From contig NC_086097.1 in the NCBI RefSeq assembly GCF_963921235.1, forward strand, positions 102,798,001 to 102,862,000: DNA of 64,000 nucleotides, given 5' to 3'. Shown one piece after another: positions 62,560 to 64,000 of this stretch. The position numbers and the translations under genes were made by a program. A model generated the notes under the pieces. That model ran no database searches. It had not been told where the DNA came from and saw nothing but the letters and a program-made list of their open reading frames with translations. How positions within the stretch are numbered: the stretch's first letter is position 1; each line of letters starts with the position of its first letter. The DNA is from Mobula hypostoma (Eukaryota).

Positions 62560-64000
62560 CTACAGTGGGAGAACAGCTCACATGTGAACATAATACAACA
62601 CCGATTTAACTTCAATTAACCCAAAAAATAAGTCAATGAACTCTCAGAGACAACCCATTCAGCCAGCTAACCAGACAAGCTCTTTGAAAGAGTTATTCCA
62701 TTAGTCCCATTCCTTTCTCCTTCCTCGTGGCTGGAAATACTTTTTGTATATCTAATATGCTTTTGAAAGGCAAGAACCAATCTGCCTCCACAGCTCTATG
62801 GCTCTTGTAACATTTTTCCAAATTGCCATTTTTATTTCTCATGTGTGTCTTCTGTCAATGGTGACATCCGCATCCTCGGGGCACAGACTAACACGTTTCT
62901 AAATCTTTTGATTGACAACCGTTAGGATTAACAATGAGATTACTGATCAGACCGAAATCTGAAGCCAATTGGTAGTGATATTATTCCCATTTACCATTTT
63001 CTGTCCTTTTGATTATGTCTTGCTACTTGACTTGCAGATGATTCCATTAAATTACATTGTAATTAGCAGCTGAAGAACCCAATGCATTTATGGTTAATCT
63101 TTTCATACTTTCAGGACACTGCCTCTATCCCACAGACCCACAGAGCAAGAAGTGCCAGAGACTCTCTGCTTCCTCCAGAACTCCCTGTAGCTTTACTCCA
63201 CTTAAATTTTAGATACCATGGCATTGTAGCGGTTAGAGCAATGCTATTACCGGTCACGGCGTTAGGATTAGGATTAGTCAGGGCTTGCGGGGCGGAGTGG
63301 GTCGAAGGGCTGGAACAGCCTACTCAGCGCTGTATCGCTAAATAAACAAACAAATGTGCCAAGAGAACCAACTCCTAGAACGTGTAATAGTGCAAGTTAG
63401 ACTCCCGAACATGTCGAGTTACGATGGGCACACAGTCACTCTTGTCCGGGCATTAATCAAGTGCTGCCAATTCTATTTGGCTCCCACCCCCACCCCCACC
63501 CCCGACCCCCAACGTTGAGCTGTTTATCAAAGTGCTGCTTTTTACAGGAAAAATATAAATATATTACCGTAAGTATGGTATGAATGATTTGATATTTTTG
63601 CTTTCAGAATATAGCTTAATGGGGATTGCACATTTTCAGTAATAACAATGGTTCATAATTAGTGAATATTTCACACTCCCAGTTTATCCCACCTTTGAAG
63701 ATTCATCTGGACCAGATCAAGGATCTCGACCCTAAATATTCACTGTCCACTCCCCTCCATAGATGCTGCCTGACCACTGAGTTCCTTCAGTGCTTTGTGT
63801 GATATTGATAGAAGCAGTTTATGAGACACTCCTTTGATAATGAACAGTAAGTTTAACAAAAATGAATTATTCTGATTTCTGCACAGTTTTAGAATTTCAT
63901 CATATTTTTAAGCTATATTGCATTTCTTGATGACTGATCAGCTGTGTTTCTGAGAGATATGGTGCAGCATACAGAGGACAGGAACTTAACACCAATCCTT

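Noticed and set aside
61153..62615. ORF-track starts at 62615, 61540 and 61464
   Set aside because: The N-terminal parts are intronic or off-frame; splice sites define the true exons.
1..64000. CRISPR arrays, retrons, other prokaryotic RT systems, rRNA or tRNA genes
   Set aside because: Eukaryotic exon-intron context; all RT motifs belong to CR1, Rex/Babar or Gypsy; no repeat-spacer array or complete tRNA/rRNA seen.

Overview
Vertebrate genomic DNA; the repeat landscape points to a cartilaginous fish, probably a ray (inference). Two host genes flank the window tail-to-tail. On + is the last coding exon and 3'UTR of an N-recognin E3 ligase, most likely UBR1 (3201-3336; too short for the ORF track). 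On - are exons 2 and 3 of a peripherin-2-like gene (PRPH2L/CRDS2 type; 62559-62313 and 61477-61223). The ~56 kb between them is mostly decayed, heavily nested transposons: many CR1 LINEs, Rex1/Babar fragments, two Gypsy elements (one with both LTRs, PBS and PPT), a Harbinger-type element, a Tc1-like end, an RTE-related non-autonomous element, solo-LTR-like sequences and Penelope-like elements (PLEs). I see no evidence of a wholly new biological system. The most notable signals are: minimal hammerhead ribozyme motifs in the PLEs, with inversion/truncation junctions falling inside the ribozyme; ~200-bp palindromic mini-PLEs with 13-bp TSDs; PLE pieces at the same site in two CR1 copies that also share a stop codon; a perfect 35-bp fold-back in a Gypsy zinc knuckle; and deep nests whose insertion order can be read from the junctions. 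Family names rest on motif recognition, not on database searches; boundaries without a TSD are approximate.
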